Positions 18,902-28,823 of a stretch of 64,000 bases of DNA are shown one piece after another. Numbering within the stretch: position 1 is the stretch's first letter; every line of letters starts with the position of its first letter. The DNA is taken from the NCBI GenBank assembly GCA_963666345.1, contig OY762721.1, forward strand, positions 1,696,001 through 1,760,000, given 5' to 3'. The DNA comes from Desulfatiglandales bacterium (GTDB taxonomy: Bacteria; Desulfobacterota; DSM-4660; Desulfatiglandales; Desulfatiglandaceae). Both the position numbers and the translations under genes were made by a program. The notes below the pieces were generated by a model. The model had not been told where the DNA came from. It saw nothing but the letters and a program-made list of their open reading frames with translations, and searched no databases.

Positions 18902-20155
18902 ATGGAAAAATTCGATAAAACAGTAAAACTATGCGCTGCAAAGGGGATATCGGACATACACCTTATGGCCGGGCAACCCCTTGTTTATCGTAAAAGCGGG
19001 ACCATCTACTTTGACAAGAAGACCAAGTGGACGAATGAGGAACTAATTGCCCTGGCCAAAGAGGTACTTAATCCTCTCCAGCAACAGACCCTTGCTGAGA
19101 GAAATTCCGTTGATTTTGCCATCTCAGTGGGTAACATCCGCCTCAGGATAAATATCTTTTCCACCATAAAAGGCCTTTCAGCTGCTGTCCGTCTTCTTCC
19201 GGGGCAGATTCCAAGTGTTGAAGACCTTAACCTTCATCCCAGTCTTAAGGAATGCTGTGAGCTGAAGGCAGGCCTGATACTTATCTGCGGCGCAACCGGC
19301 AGCGGTAAATCCACCACAATGGCCGCTATGATAGAAGAAATAAACAAGACCCGCCCGTCCCACATCATCACACTCGAAGACCCTGTTGAATACAGATTTG
19401 TTTCAAAAAAATCACTCGTAGGTCAGAGGGAGCTCAATACGCATGTCCCTTCCTACGAGCAGGGGCTCCTGGATGTGCTCAGGGAGGACCCGGATGTCAT
19501 TGTAATAGGCGAACTGAGGGAACCGGAGACCATCAGGCTCACCCTGCACGCCGCCGAGTCAGGGCATCTGGTCATAGCATCTCTGCATGCTTCCACTTCC
19601 GAGGATGCCATACACAGGATATGCAATTCCTTTTCACCTGAGACACAAGACGCGGTCAGGAGTCAGCTTTCATCCACTATTCAACTCCTGGCCATCCAGC
19701 AGCTGGCCCATTACGAGAGGGCAGGAATCAGGCTGCCGATCCTTTCGATCATGCGTGCCTCGCAATCGGTTAAGGGCCTTATAAGGGAGAATAAGCTGGG
19801 TCAAATCGAAAGCGCCATACAGACCGGAAAGGCCTACGGCATGTATACGATTGAAAGCTACAAAAAGGAATTCCTTGACAAAAAAGAACATTTCATTTCG
19901 CCTTCTAAAAATTTCAAACCATCAGAGGTAGTGGTACCTGAGCCTGATTCAACTCAGACATTTACCCCCTCTGCCGGAATGCGCATAAAAGTCGAGGAGC
20001 TTCGGCCTCAGGCCAAGATATCCGTTGACATTCCGCGCCAGCCGCAGCCGGTCCAGGAAGGGCAAACGGTAGATCTGGGGTGCCAATATGTGATAGATGA
20101 ACATGCCTCCATGGATCAGCTCATTACGGAAATAAAAAGATCAGGGAAGTATTGA
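18902..20155 (+). CDS. pilT: PilT/PilU family type IV pilus ATPase with C-terminal extension
   Basis: SDIHL, LRINIF, Walker A GATGSGKSTT, TLEDPVEY, LREDPDVIVIGELR and His box GHLVIASLH. Confidence 0.88.
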   Translation: MEKFDKTVKLCAAKGISDIHLMAGQPLVYRKSGTIYFDKKTKWTNEELIALAKEVLNPLQQQTLAERNSVDFAISVGNIRLRINIFSTIKGLSAAVRLLPGQIPSVEDLNLHPSLKECCELKAGLILICGATGSGKSTTMAAMIEEINKTRPSHIITLEDPVEYRFVSKKSLVGQRELNTHVPSYEQGLLDVLREDPDVIVIGELREPETIRLTLHAAESGHLVIASLHASTSEDAIHRICNSFSPETQDAVRSQLSSTIQLLAIQQLAHYERAGIRLPILSIMRASQSVKGLIRENKLGQIESAIQTGKAYGMYTIESYKKEFLDKKEHFISPSKNFKPSEVVVPEPDSTQTFTPSAGMRIKVEELRPQAKISVDIPRQPQPVQEGQTVDLGCQYVIDEHASMDQLITEIKRSGKY

Positions 20156-20232
20156 AAAATTGCCGGCCTTTCCGGTCGGAGCCTCTCAGGGGTTATCAAC
20201 GAAAAAATCATATCTTTCAGAGGGATTCTGCA

Positions 20233-20652
20233 ATGACAAAGTCCAAATCAGATAAAGCCGAAAAAAATCTGGATGAAAGGCTGATGAATTTGATCAAAAA
20301 GTTTCCGGATAAGCAGAAAAGAGAACTCCTTCAAATCCTGCCTGAGTGGGAAAACTGGGTACGAAGAAGGAAAAGTCCCAGGAAGATGCTTAAATCGGGA
20401 TATTCTGATCTGGATGAATCGGCTTCAGGATATATAGTTCGTAATATAAGCGCGGGAGGGGTTTTCATCAAGACCGACTCACCCCTTGAGATGGGGCAAA
20501 ACATCTCACTCCTTTTCACCTTCCCTGATATGGAAACACCCGTTCGAGTGACGGCAGAGGTCGTAAGGGCCACGTCTGAAGGATTCGGCCTTAAATTCGA
20601 CAAATCCGATGAAAATGTCAGGATCCTCAGCAAGTTCTTTGAGGAACTCTGA
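20233..20652 (+). CDS. PilZ domain protein
   Basis: RxxxR (RRKSPR) and NxSxxG (NISAGG) c-di-GMP motifs, plus GFGLKF. Confidence 0.85.
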   Translation: MTKSKSDKAEKNLDERLMNLIKKFPDKQKRELLQILPEWENWVRRRKSPRKMLKSGYSDLDESASGYIVRNISAGGVFIKTDSPLEMGQNISLLFTFPDMETPVRVTAEVVRATSEGFGLKFDKSDENVRILSKFFEEL

Positions 20653-20771
20653 TAAAATAGAGGGATTTATCCTGACACATGAAGATATTGATTTTACAAA
20701 GGAATCGGCACCCTGCCGATTCCTTTTTTTGAGTGTCAGGCAGGGCACCGTCAAAAATCACTACAGCCAAA

Positions 20772-22145
20772 TCAATTGATAAGGCTTTGCAGGGGTGCAG
20801 GAATTCTTCCCCCCATGCCTATAAATTTTTCAGAGGCAGGCTCGTTTCTCACGTCCATGATGGTGGCCTGGCCCAGAAGACCCCCGAAATAGGCCTTGTC
20901 CCCTGCCTTTTTCCCAGGCACCGGGATGAGCCTTGCAGCGGTAGTCTTCTTGTTGATCACCCCTATTGCCATCTCATCTGCGATCACGGCGGCAAGCGTG
21001 GCCGCAGTGGTATCCCCGGGCAGGGGGACCATATCGAGACCGACCGAGCAGACGCTCGTCATGGCCTCCAGTTTCTCCAGTGAGAGATACCCCTTCCTGG
21101 CCGCCTCCGATATTGTTATATCCTCACTTACAGGAATAAATGCCCCGCTAAGTCCTCCCACATAGGAACTGGAAAAAGCGCCGCCTTTTTTCACCGCATC
21201 ATTCAACATGGCAAGGGCCGCAGTGGAGCCGGGCACACCTATGCTTCTAAGGCCCAGGCTCTCGAAGATTTCACCCACACTGTCTCCCACATTCGGCGTG
21301 GGGGCAAGCGAAAGATCAACTATACCGAAGGTAACGCCAAGCCTTGAAGCCACCTGCCTGCCGATAAGTTCCCCCACCCTGGTAACCTTAAAGGCGGTCC
21401 TCTTTATGATGTCCGAGATCTCTCCGAAATCCGGTCCGTCCTCTTTTTCCATGGCCCTGTCGATTGCCTTTTTCACGACCCCCGGCCCGCTCACTCCGAC
21501 GTTTATAACCGCATCAGGTTCCCCGATACCCAGATATGCCCCGGCCATGAAAGGAATATCCTGTGGTATATTGGCAAACACGCATAGCTTTGCACAGGCA
21601 AGGCCGTCAGAGTCCGCGCTGCTTTCAGCAGCCTTCTTTATTGTCCTGCCCATCAGCGATACCGCGTCCATATTGATTCCCGCCGATGTGGACGCAACGT
21701 TTACCGAAGAACATACCCGTTCCGTTCCGGAAAGGGCCTCCGGGATAGCCGCTATAAGTGAAGAGTCCCCGTGGGAGAATCCCTTTTCAACACAGGAGCT
21801 GAAACCGCCGACAAAGTCGACTCCTATCTCTTTGACCGCCCTGTCGAGTGTAACGGCCACCTCAACCATCTCGGAAGAGGAAAAGGGTGCCGCCACAACA
21901 GAGATGGGACTTACGGAAAGCCTCTTGTTAACCACGGGTATGCCGTACCTGTCACCCACCCGGTCGCAGACACTGACAAGATTTTCTCCCAATCCGGTAA
22001 GCTTATCATATATATTGCCGCAAAATCTCTTAAGGTCATGACTCTGGCATTCCATCAGGTTTATCCCGAGGGTTACGGTTCTAACATCCAGATGCTCATT
22101 TTTCAGCATCTCCAGTGTTGAAACAACTTCTCTTTCGGTCAGCAT
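20772..22145 (-). CDS. UPF0210 / DUF711 (PFL-like family) protein
   Basis: LDVRTVTLGI, NKRLSVSP, PFMAGA, DLSLAP and CSVGLDM signature blocks. Confidence 0.9.
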   Translation of the reverse strand: MLTEREVVSTLEMLKNEHLDVRTVTLGINLMECQSHDLKRFCGNIYDKLTGLGENLVSVCDRVGDRYGIPVVNKRLSVSPISVVAAPFSSSEMVEVAVTLDRAVKEIGVDFVGGFSSCVEKGFSHGDSSLIAAIPEALSGTERVCSSVNVASTSAGINMDAVSLMGRTIKKAAESSADSDGLACAKLCVFANIPQDIPFMAGAYLGIGEPDAVINVGVSGPGVVKKAIDRAMEKEDGPDFGEISDIIKRTAFKVTRVGELIGRQVASRLGVTFGIVDLSLAPTPNVGDSVGEIFESLGLRSIGVPGSTAALAMLNDAVKKGGAFSSSYVGGLSGAFIPVSEDITISEAARKGYLSLEKLEAMTSVCSVGLDMVPLPGDTTAATLAAVIADEMAIGVINKKTTAARLIPVPGKKAGDKAYFGGLLGQATIMDVRNEPASEKFIGMGGRIPAPLQSLIN

Positions 22146-22205
22146 AATATTTTTTCTCCGACTTTTAACAAAGGCCGCACACATCTATTTGGGTGCCGTT
22201 ATCTG

Positions 22206-22760
22206 TTAGATTCTGTTTATCGCCTCAAAGATCTCCCTGTGCTGAATACTGAGGTCAAGTCCCAGCTCCTCGGCTCTTCTGAAAAGGGCCTCCCTGAAAG
22301 AGTCCTGCTCCATACCGGCGGGAATTTCAACCTCATATATCATGGTGTTTTTTGAAGGATCCTCCCCTCCCCTGAAAAGTGCCTTGAGGTTGGTTATGTT
22401 TACCCTGAAAAGGGCCATCACCTCGGTCACACCCGAGACCAGGCCCAGACGGTCCGGGCCTGTTGTGGTAATTACAAACGGCTCATACGGCTCTGCATCT
22501 GCCGGTAGACCTTGATTTTCAAGGGGTCTCATAGACACCTGCAGCCCTAAAGGCTCAAGAGCCCCGTTCATGGAGCCATGCAGGTCGTCAGGGCTGATCC
22601 CCTCAGGCATGGATATGATAAATATGGAAGCAAACTCGGATTGAAGCCTTGTCTGCGTCACATCCTCCACATTACATCCTGAATCGAAAAGCACCTTTGA
22701 AACGGCCGCAACAATCCCCGGGCAGTCCCTTCCCAGTATGGAAATCACTAATTTTTGCAT
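22206..22760 (-). CDS. Double ACT-domain protein (GcvR-like)
   Basis: GRDCPGIVA and GPDRLGLV ACT motifs, C-terminal QHREIFEAINRI; the usual partner of UPF0210. Confidence 0.85.
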   Translation of the reverse strand: MQKLVISILGRDCPGIVAAVSKVLFDSGCNVEDVTQTRLQSEFASIFIISMPEGISPDDLHGSMNGALEPLGLQVSMRPLENQGLPADAEPYEPFVITTTGPDRLGLVSGVTEVMALFRVNITNLKALFRGGEDPSKNTMIYEVEIPAGMEQDSFREALFRRAEELGLDLSIQHREIFEAINRI

Positions 22761-23019
22761 CCCAAACCCTTTCCTTTATTCATGAATATTTTCGCACTCC
22801 CAAAGAAACGCTATATCCGGCAGTAGCAAAAGTCAACTTACATTAACATTGCGGAAAACATACCCTTGTCCCATTTTCTTACTCCTCCGTTTGCCGGCGC
22901 ACAAGCGCAAGCGCCGCAACCGTCCGGGCGTTTTGGGTTATTCGTTATTCGTTAATGGAAAAATGCAAAACACTGCCAGTTTACCTTTTCCTTCCAACCA
23001 ATAAGGCAGGTGCAGGGAT

Positions 23020-23178
23020 TCTTTTTCCGGTCTTATCTCACAAAAAAATACCACAGGCATTTGCAGTGGCCGCAGACAGGGCTTTCTTCCCGGGTGCCCT
23101 GTCAGCTAAGGTAACATTTGCAAAAGCACTGGGATGCGGCTACTTCCCCGTAAGAAATAGAGAAGACCGGAAAAAGAG
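23020..23178. repeat. About 160-bp inverted-repeat-bounded element, copy 1
   Basis: Ends TCTTTTTCCGGTCTT and AAGACCGGAAAAAGA are complementary; the first ~70 nt are identical to 26749-26819. Confidence 0.85.
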
Positions 23179-23337
23179 CGCCTGCACCGGAGCAGTAACC
23201 TGCCGGAAGCGCATCTTTATTCGTCTGCAAATGGCCGCCCGGGCCGCGCGATATCTTGAGGTCCCGGCCCTGCTGTGATAAACTCGGAGCCTGTTCGGTC
23301 ATTATATACGAATATCAGGCGGGTGAACCAATCTACG

Positions 23338-24000
23338 ATGAAGATAACTCTCATAGGTATGTCGGGAACCGGGAAATCTTACTGGGCTTCAAGGTTTTCC
23401 GAATCAGGGTTCAATACGATAGACTGCGACCGGCTTATCGCCCTGAAGCTCAAAGGATTTCTTTTGCAGGATGACGGCTCATTTATGGATATGGGCAGAT
23501 GGATGGGGTTTCCTTATGAATCCGGCTATGAGAGCAAAGAGGCAAAATATCTTGAATGCGAAAAAGAGGTTTTTCATGAACTGGTCGAGAGGCTTGAGTC
23601 TGAAAAACGCCAATCCGAAGATGATCTTGTATTAGATACGGGCGGAAGTCTCATATACATGGGCGAAGAAATAATTACAAGGCTGAAAAGACTTACCATC
23701 ATGGTTCACCTGTCATCTCCGGAACAAATCCGCGCCGGGATGCTTGAATCATACATGGCATGTCCCAGACCTGTTTTATGGATGGGCATGTTCAAGAAAC
23801 GGGAACGGGAGTCAAATACTGAAGCATTAAAAAGGTGCTACCCGCTTCTTCTTTCTTCAAGAGAAAAACGGTACGAACATTATGCGGATATCAGCCTGGA
23901 CTATTACTGCCGCACCAAGAAGGATTTCGATACAAGCCGGTTTCTTTTACTATTAAATAAACACCTTTACAAAAAGGCTGACCATACACAGGGGAGGTGA
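23338..24000 (+). CDS. Shikimate-kinase-like P-loop protein
   Basis: ITLIGMSGTGKS Walker A, DTGGS, RP and R..RY motifs; divergent from AroK. Confidence 0.7.
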   Translation: MKITLIGMSGTGKSYWASRFSESGFNTIDCDRLIALKLKGFLLQDDGSFMDMGRWMGFPYESGYESKEAKYLECEKEVFHELVERLESEKRQSEDDLVLDTGGSLIYMGEEIITRLKRLTIMVHLSSPEQIRAGMLESYMACPRPVLWMGMFKKRERESNTEALKRCYPLLLSSREKRYEHYADISLDYYCRTKKDFDTSRFLLLLNKHLYKKADHTQGR

Positions 24001-24005
24001 AAAAA

Positions 24006-25571
24006 ATGAGGGTATCCTCAATTGCTGAGATGCGTGAACTGGACAGAAACGCTATGGAAAAATTCGGGATCAAGGACGAAATCCTCATGGAAAACGCAGG
24101 GCTTGCCTCCCACTCAGTCATTAGGAGCCATTTAGAGATAAAGGGGCTCAGGGCGCTGGTATTCTGCGGAGCGGGTAATAACGGGGGGGACGGCTTTGTC
24201 GTGGCCAGAAAAATTCACTCGGACGGAGGATCCGTAAAGGTATTTATTCTGGCGGATAAAAACAGTTACAGGGGTGCGGCAAGGGCCAACCTCGACATCC
24301 TCTTCCGCCTGCATATGGATATTGAACGGTTGAAAGACCCTGAGGCCGTTTCCGAAGAGATATCCAGCTGCGACCTGATAGTGGACGGGATATTCGGCAC
24401 GGGACTCGCCCGGCCCGTGGAAGGCCTTTACAGACAGATAATCGAACTCATCAATAGAAGCGGCAAGAAGATCCTGAGCCTTGATATACCATCCGGAGTA
24501 AACGGAGATACGGGCCGGGTAATGGGAGTCGCGGTAAGGGCGAACTGGACCTGCACCTTCGGGCTTCCAAAGCTTGGAAACATGCTTTTCCCAGGTTTTC
24601 AATTATGCGGAGAACTATCCGTATCCCACATATCCTTTCCACCTGAGATCTACAGCCATGTAAAGGTGGAAATTTCCAGGCCGGCCCCCCCCGCACCCAG
24701 AGACATGAACGGCCACAAGGGCAGTTTCGGTAAGGCCCTTGTAATTGCCGGTGCGCCAGGTTATTTCGGTGCGCCCTATTTTGCGGCGCTTTCATTTCTG
24801 AAGGCCGGAGGAGGTTATAGCCGTCTTGCGGCACCTGAAGGCATGATAGCCTTTATTGCCGCACAGGGAAGCGAGATCGTCTTCGTGCCTCAAAAGGAGA
24901 CCCCGTCAGGAAGCATTTCCTCCGTAAACATGGAAAGCATCCTCGATCTCTCAAGGCAAACGGATATTGTAGTCATGGGGCCGGGGATGTCTCTTGATGA
25001 TGAAACCCAGGACCTGATAAGGCGGCTCGCCTCAAGGACGGACAAGCCGTTACTTCTTGACGGAGACGGTATCACTGCGATATGCGGCGACCCTCAAATC
25101 CTTGCCGGCAGAAAGGCCGGTACCATCCTGACTCCTCACATCGGCGAAATGGCCCGCCTGACAGGGGAAAAACCGGAAAAAATCGAAAGCAACAGGGTTG
25201 AAATACTGAGAAGGACTTCAAGGCAACTCAACTCGACAATAGTGCTTAAAGGGGCACATTCCCTGATCGGACATCCCGACGGAAGGATATTTATAAATAT
25301 GACCGGGAATCCCGGCATGGCCTCTGCCGGCTCAGGGGACGTGCTTGCAGGAGCTATCGCCGCCATGTACGGTATCGGTATACCGCTGGATGAGGCGGCA
25401 GTATCCGGCGTCTTCATTCATGGCCTGGCCGGTGACCTTGCAGCCGAGCGGAAAGGAGAGGACGGCATTACGGCAAGCGATATCATGGGATTTCTGCCTC
25501 TTGCAGCCAGCATGCACAGGCAGAGGCCAGCGGAATTCACACACAGGTATGAAGCGGTTAAAACGGTTTAG
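24006..25571 (+). CDS. nnr: Bifunctional NAD(P)H-hydrate epimerase/dehydratase
   Basis: LMENAG, GNNGGDG and DIPSG (YjeF_N); HKGSFG, TPHIGE and GSGDVLAG (YjeF_C). Confidence 0.93.
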   Translation: MRVSSIAEMRELDRNAMEKFGIKDEILMENAGLASHSVIRSHLEIKGLRALVFCGAGNNGGDGFVVARKIHSDGGSVKVFILADKNSYRGAARANLDILFRLHMDIERLKDPEAVSEEISSCDLIVDGIFGTGLARPVEGLYRQIIELINRSGKKILSLDIPSGVNGDTGRVMGVAVRANWTCTFGLPKLGNMLFPGFQLCGELSVSHISFPPEIYSHVKVEISRPAPPAPRDMNGHKGSFGKALVIAGAPGYFGAPYFAALSFLKAGGGYSRLAAPEGMIAFIAAQGSEIVFVPQKETPSGSISSVNMESILDLSRQTDIVVMGPGMSLDDETQDLIRRLASRTDKPLLLDGDGITAICGDPQILAGRKAGTILTPHIGEMARLTGEKPEKIESNRVEILRRTSRQLNSTIVLKGAHSLIGHPDGRIFINMTGNPGMASAGSGDVLAGAIAAMYGIGIPLDEAAVSGVFIHGLAGDLAAERKGEDGITASDIMGFLPLAASMHRQRPAEFTHRYEAVKTV

Positions 25572-25582
25572 ATCCTTACCTT

Positions 25583-26065
25583 CTAGACCGCCACTTCAAC
25601 AAAGCGTGGATTAAGGATTCTGGATATCTCGTCGGGAGATATCGCTGCGAGGAGGCCCCTTTTGCCGGCGTTTATGTATACCTCCTCAAGTCCCTTTATG
25701 CTTTCCTCCATATAGACACTCAGAGGCCTTTTAGTGCCGAAAGGAGATATTCCCCCCACCTTGTACCCGGTATGTCTGTGGGCGGCGGCAGGATCACACG
25801 GACTGACCCTCTTTACATTGATGGCCCTTGCAAGATTCTTTGCCGAAACCCTTTTGTCCCCGTGCATCAGCACCAGAAAGGGGTGTCCCTGGTCGTCTTC
25901 CATTACAATGGTCTTGATGACGCGGTGTTCGGCCACCCCCAGCTCTCTGGCAGCCACCTCTGTTCCGCCCTTTTCCTCATACCTATAGGGCAACAGCCTT
26001 ACTTTCGCATCATACCGCCTTAATAATCTCAGGGCCTGAGTGGTAGGGATCTTTTCCTTTGCCAT
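25583..26065 (-). CDS. ybaK: Cys-tRNA(Pro) deacylase
   Basis: VIKT, TGYKVGGISPFG and YINAGKRG motifs. Confidence 0.9.
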   Translation of the reverse strand: MAKEKIPTTQALRLLRRYDAKVRLLPYRYEEKGGTEVAARELGVAEHRVIKTIVMEDDQGHPFLVLMHGDKRVSAKNLARAINVKRVSPCDPAAAHRHTGYKVGGISPFGTKRPLSVYMEESIKGLEEVYINAGKRGLLAAISPDEISRILNPRFVEVAV

Positions 26066-26163
26066 GCCTCACCCGTCTTTGCGCGAAGCCTTGCAAACTC
26101 CGGTTTTAAGCCGCACTCCTGTTCTGAAAACCGCATGGCTGGCCGGGGCACCTGCCTGTTGTG

Positions 26164-26193
26164 AAAAAAAAGGCCCCGAAACACGGGGCCTTT
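26164..26193 (-). terminator. Rho-independent terminator of the csp gene
   Basis: AAAGGCCCCG-aaaca-CGGGGCCTTT hairpin followed by a U-tract on the minus strand. Confidence 0.8.
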
Positions 26194-26214
26194 ATGGTTC
26201 ACTGTCTAGGCTTG

Positions 26215-26418
26215 CTATATGGGGCGAACCTTTGTCGCTTCAGGACCCTTCCGTCCCTCGCCTGCCTCATAATCCACTGACTGACCTTCCTGCAGGGTTC
26301 GAAAACCCTCGGCCTCAATGTTTGAGTGATGGACGAACAGATCTTCGCCTCCTTCATCAGGGGTGATAAAACCGTAGCCTTTCTTGTCACTGAACCACTT
26401 TACTGTACCTTTGGCCAT
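26215..26418 (-). CDS. Cold-shock protein
   Basis: [15 protein letters not shown] (RNP1) and LFVHHS (RNP2); 67 aa; GGAGG ribosome-binding site. Confidence 0.95.
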   Translation of the reverse strand: MAKGTVKWFSDKKGYGFITPDEGGEDLFVHHSNIEAEGFRTLQEGQSVDYEAGEGRKGPEATKVRPI

Positions 26419-26533
26419 GAAACTTCCTCCCGTGTAGGCCCCTTTTTCACCAAGGGGCAACTGGCCTTCCCCTATTCCCAAAAGGTTGTGTGCATATAGG
26501 GGTTGAGAGCACACACCCTGACAATGATGAGTC

Positions 26534-26562
26534 AGTAAACAGAATTCAACGGAAAAAGTCAA
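26534..26562 (-). promoter_or_regulatory. Candidate sigma70 promoter of the csp gene
   Basis: TTGACT-17 nt-TTTACT with an AT-rich upstream tract, giving a ~110-nt 5' UTR typical of csp genes. Confidence 0.5.
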
Positions 26563-26646
26563 TAACTCTTTAAAATATTTTTTAAATACTTTTATGCAAC
26601 ATTCCTCAAGGCGGAAAAAAGGCACAGGCCAAGGGGCCGTTTAAAA

Positions 26647-27036
26647 GTGCCGCGTTATTCGTTATCGGTTATACGGAAAGAACCAAACATACCCATGACA
26701 ACTCTTTAACACATCTGTTCGCCAGCTCACGGGCGCAGGCACCGGGGCTCTTTTTCCGGTCTTATCTCACAAAAAAATACCACAGGCATTTGCAGTGGCC
26801 GCAGACAGGGCTTTCTTCCCAGCTGCCTTATCAGCCTGAGGTAACATCCACAAAAGCCCGTTGATGCGGTCACTTTCCCGTAAGGCATAGAGAAGGCCGG
26901 GAAAAGAGTGCCGGGGCCGCAGCGGCAGCCGTCCACACGTGCCGCGTTATTCGTTATCGGTTATACGGAAAAACCGGAATCACATACTCCTGCCAGTTAT
27001 TTAACGCCTCTGCCCGCCTGCGCACAAGCGCAGGCT
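26647..27036. repeat. Composite repeat: copy 2 of the ~160-bp element (26748-26908) flanked by two direct copies of a ~100-bp GTTATTC unit
   Basis: GTGCCGCGTTATTCGTTATCGGTTATACGGAAA occurs at about 26647 and 26939; the central element matches 23020-23178. Confidence 0.85.
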
Positions 27037-27037
27037 C

Positions 27038-28770
27038 CTACTCCTCAGAGCGAAGCGCCTCTGCAAGCGCTATCTCGAGATCACACTGCAGGCACCTTCC
27101 CGCCTCCGCCCTTGCCTGTTTATCACCATAACAGAGATCGACCTCGGCAAAGCCACTTCTCTCTGAAACCGGAAGCGAAGGCACACGCTCCCGCCTCATA
27201 TCGGCGAAACCTTCCACCCTTTTCCCTGTGTATGAAAGAGCCTCATCCGCATTTTTCTCTTTGGATTCCATTTCACCATCACCCCCGAGATACCTGTCAA
27301 CGGCCGAGGCGGCCCTTTTCCCCGATGCCACGGCTTGAACCACGGTCCCTGGTCCTGAGGCGGCGTCACCTCCCGCAAATACTCCCGGAATCCCTGTTTC
27401 CGACGTTTCCTCATTCACACCGATGAGATCCCCCTTGATATCAATGCCTACCCCCTCAAGAAAGGAAAGTTCACTTGTCTGGCCTATCGCCAGGATTACC
27501 TGATCGGTTTCGACCCTCTTTTTTGTATCGTCAAAGGCGGGGCAGAAATTTCCTTTTCATCAAAGACGGATGAACAGCGGACAAGTTCCACACCTGTTAT
27601 CTGTCCTCCGGCCGACATGATTTCACTCGGGCCCCATGACGGCAGAAGGCCTACCCCCTCTTCAAGCGCCATCTCAATCTCCCGGGGGTTTGCAGGCATC
27701 TCTTCCCTGCTCTCCAGGCATGCCATTACGACCTCTTTGGCACCCAGCCTGAGGCAGGTCATTGCTACGTCAACAGCCACATTGCCTCCTCCAACGACCA
27801 GAACCCTCTCTTTCAGTCCCAGGGATTCAGCTTCGCTCGCGGCGATAAGAAAATCCATACCCCAATGTACACCCTTAAGATCCGATCCCTTAAGAGGGAT
27901 CTTCCTGCTCGACCATAGCCCTGTTGCGATAAACACCGCGTCAAAACCCCTTTTCAGTTCCCGGATCCCGAAATCCACCCCCAGTCTCCTGCCCGCATTC
28001 AATTCGATACCCATATCAAGGAGCTGAGCTATCTCTGTTTCCAGGATATCCTCTGGAAGCCTGTAAAAGGGGATACCGTATCTCATCATGCCGCCCGGTT
28101 TCGGCTTTGCCTCGAATATCACTACCCTGTGGCCCTTTTTTCTCAGGTAAAAGGCCGCAGTCAGTCCTGCCGGCCCCGCACCTATAACGGCGACCTTTTT
28201 ACCGGTGTCTTTTCCGGCACCCGGCATATCGCGCAAATCTCCCGCATTGTCGGCCGCGAACCTCTTTAGCGCGCATATTGATACCGGTTCATTGACCTCG
28301 CCTCTTCTGCACATATCCTCACATGGATGAGTACATACCCTGCCGAGTATGCCGGGAAAAGGAACGCTTTCAAGTATAAGCCTGTACGCCTCATCATTTC
28401 TTCCCGCCGCAATATGCCTCAGGTATCCCGGCACATCCACACCCGCCGGACATGCCTCGATACAGGGAGGCGATTTGGGCCTGAACCCTTCCGGGGACAG
28501 TGCCCTCAGGGGTCTTATGACCTCCAGTATGGATACCCCGTTCGGGCAGACTCCTTCACATCTTCCGCAGGCAGTACAATTCCAGGGCTGGGGAGTGTCT
28601 GAAATCTCCTCTGCCAGTCCCAGTTCCACGTACCTCAAAAGCCTCCTGACATTGAACCCGTCGACACCTGTTATGGGGCAGGCGGAGCTGCACAGGCCGC
28701 ACTGCTCACAAGTACTGAACATATGTGCCTGTGAAAAAAGGCTTTCAGCCGGTCCGGTATTCATTTTCAT
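27038..28770 (-). pseudogene. HdrC-like 4Fe-4S / GltD-like FAD-NAD(P) oxidoreductase fusion, split by a single frameshift (real or a sequencing error)
   Basis: CEQCGLCSSACP and CTACGRCEGVCP, PCIEACP, GRVCTHPCEDMC, GAGPAG and GGGNVA. After SSVFDEK (about 27553) homology continues in another frame (NFCPAFDD...VILAIGQ...FAGGDA...RCLQC) to 27038. Confidence 0.8.
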
Positions 28771-28823
28771 CTCTATCGAACTCCTCTTAAGGGAATCTCT
28801 TAAAATTACTGGCACCTCGAATC

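Noticed and set aside
22955..23278. ORFs lying in repeats (also 425-799, 26727-26936, 32859-33119)
   Set aside because: They are translations of the repeat elements, with no ribosome-binding site or domain support.
26647..26975. GTTATTC tandem units and a duplicated 33-mer as a CRISPR array
   Set aside because: Only two copies about 290 bp apart, no regular spacers and no cas genes.
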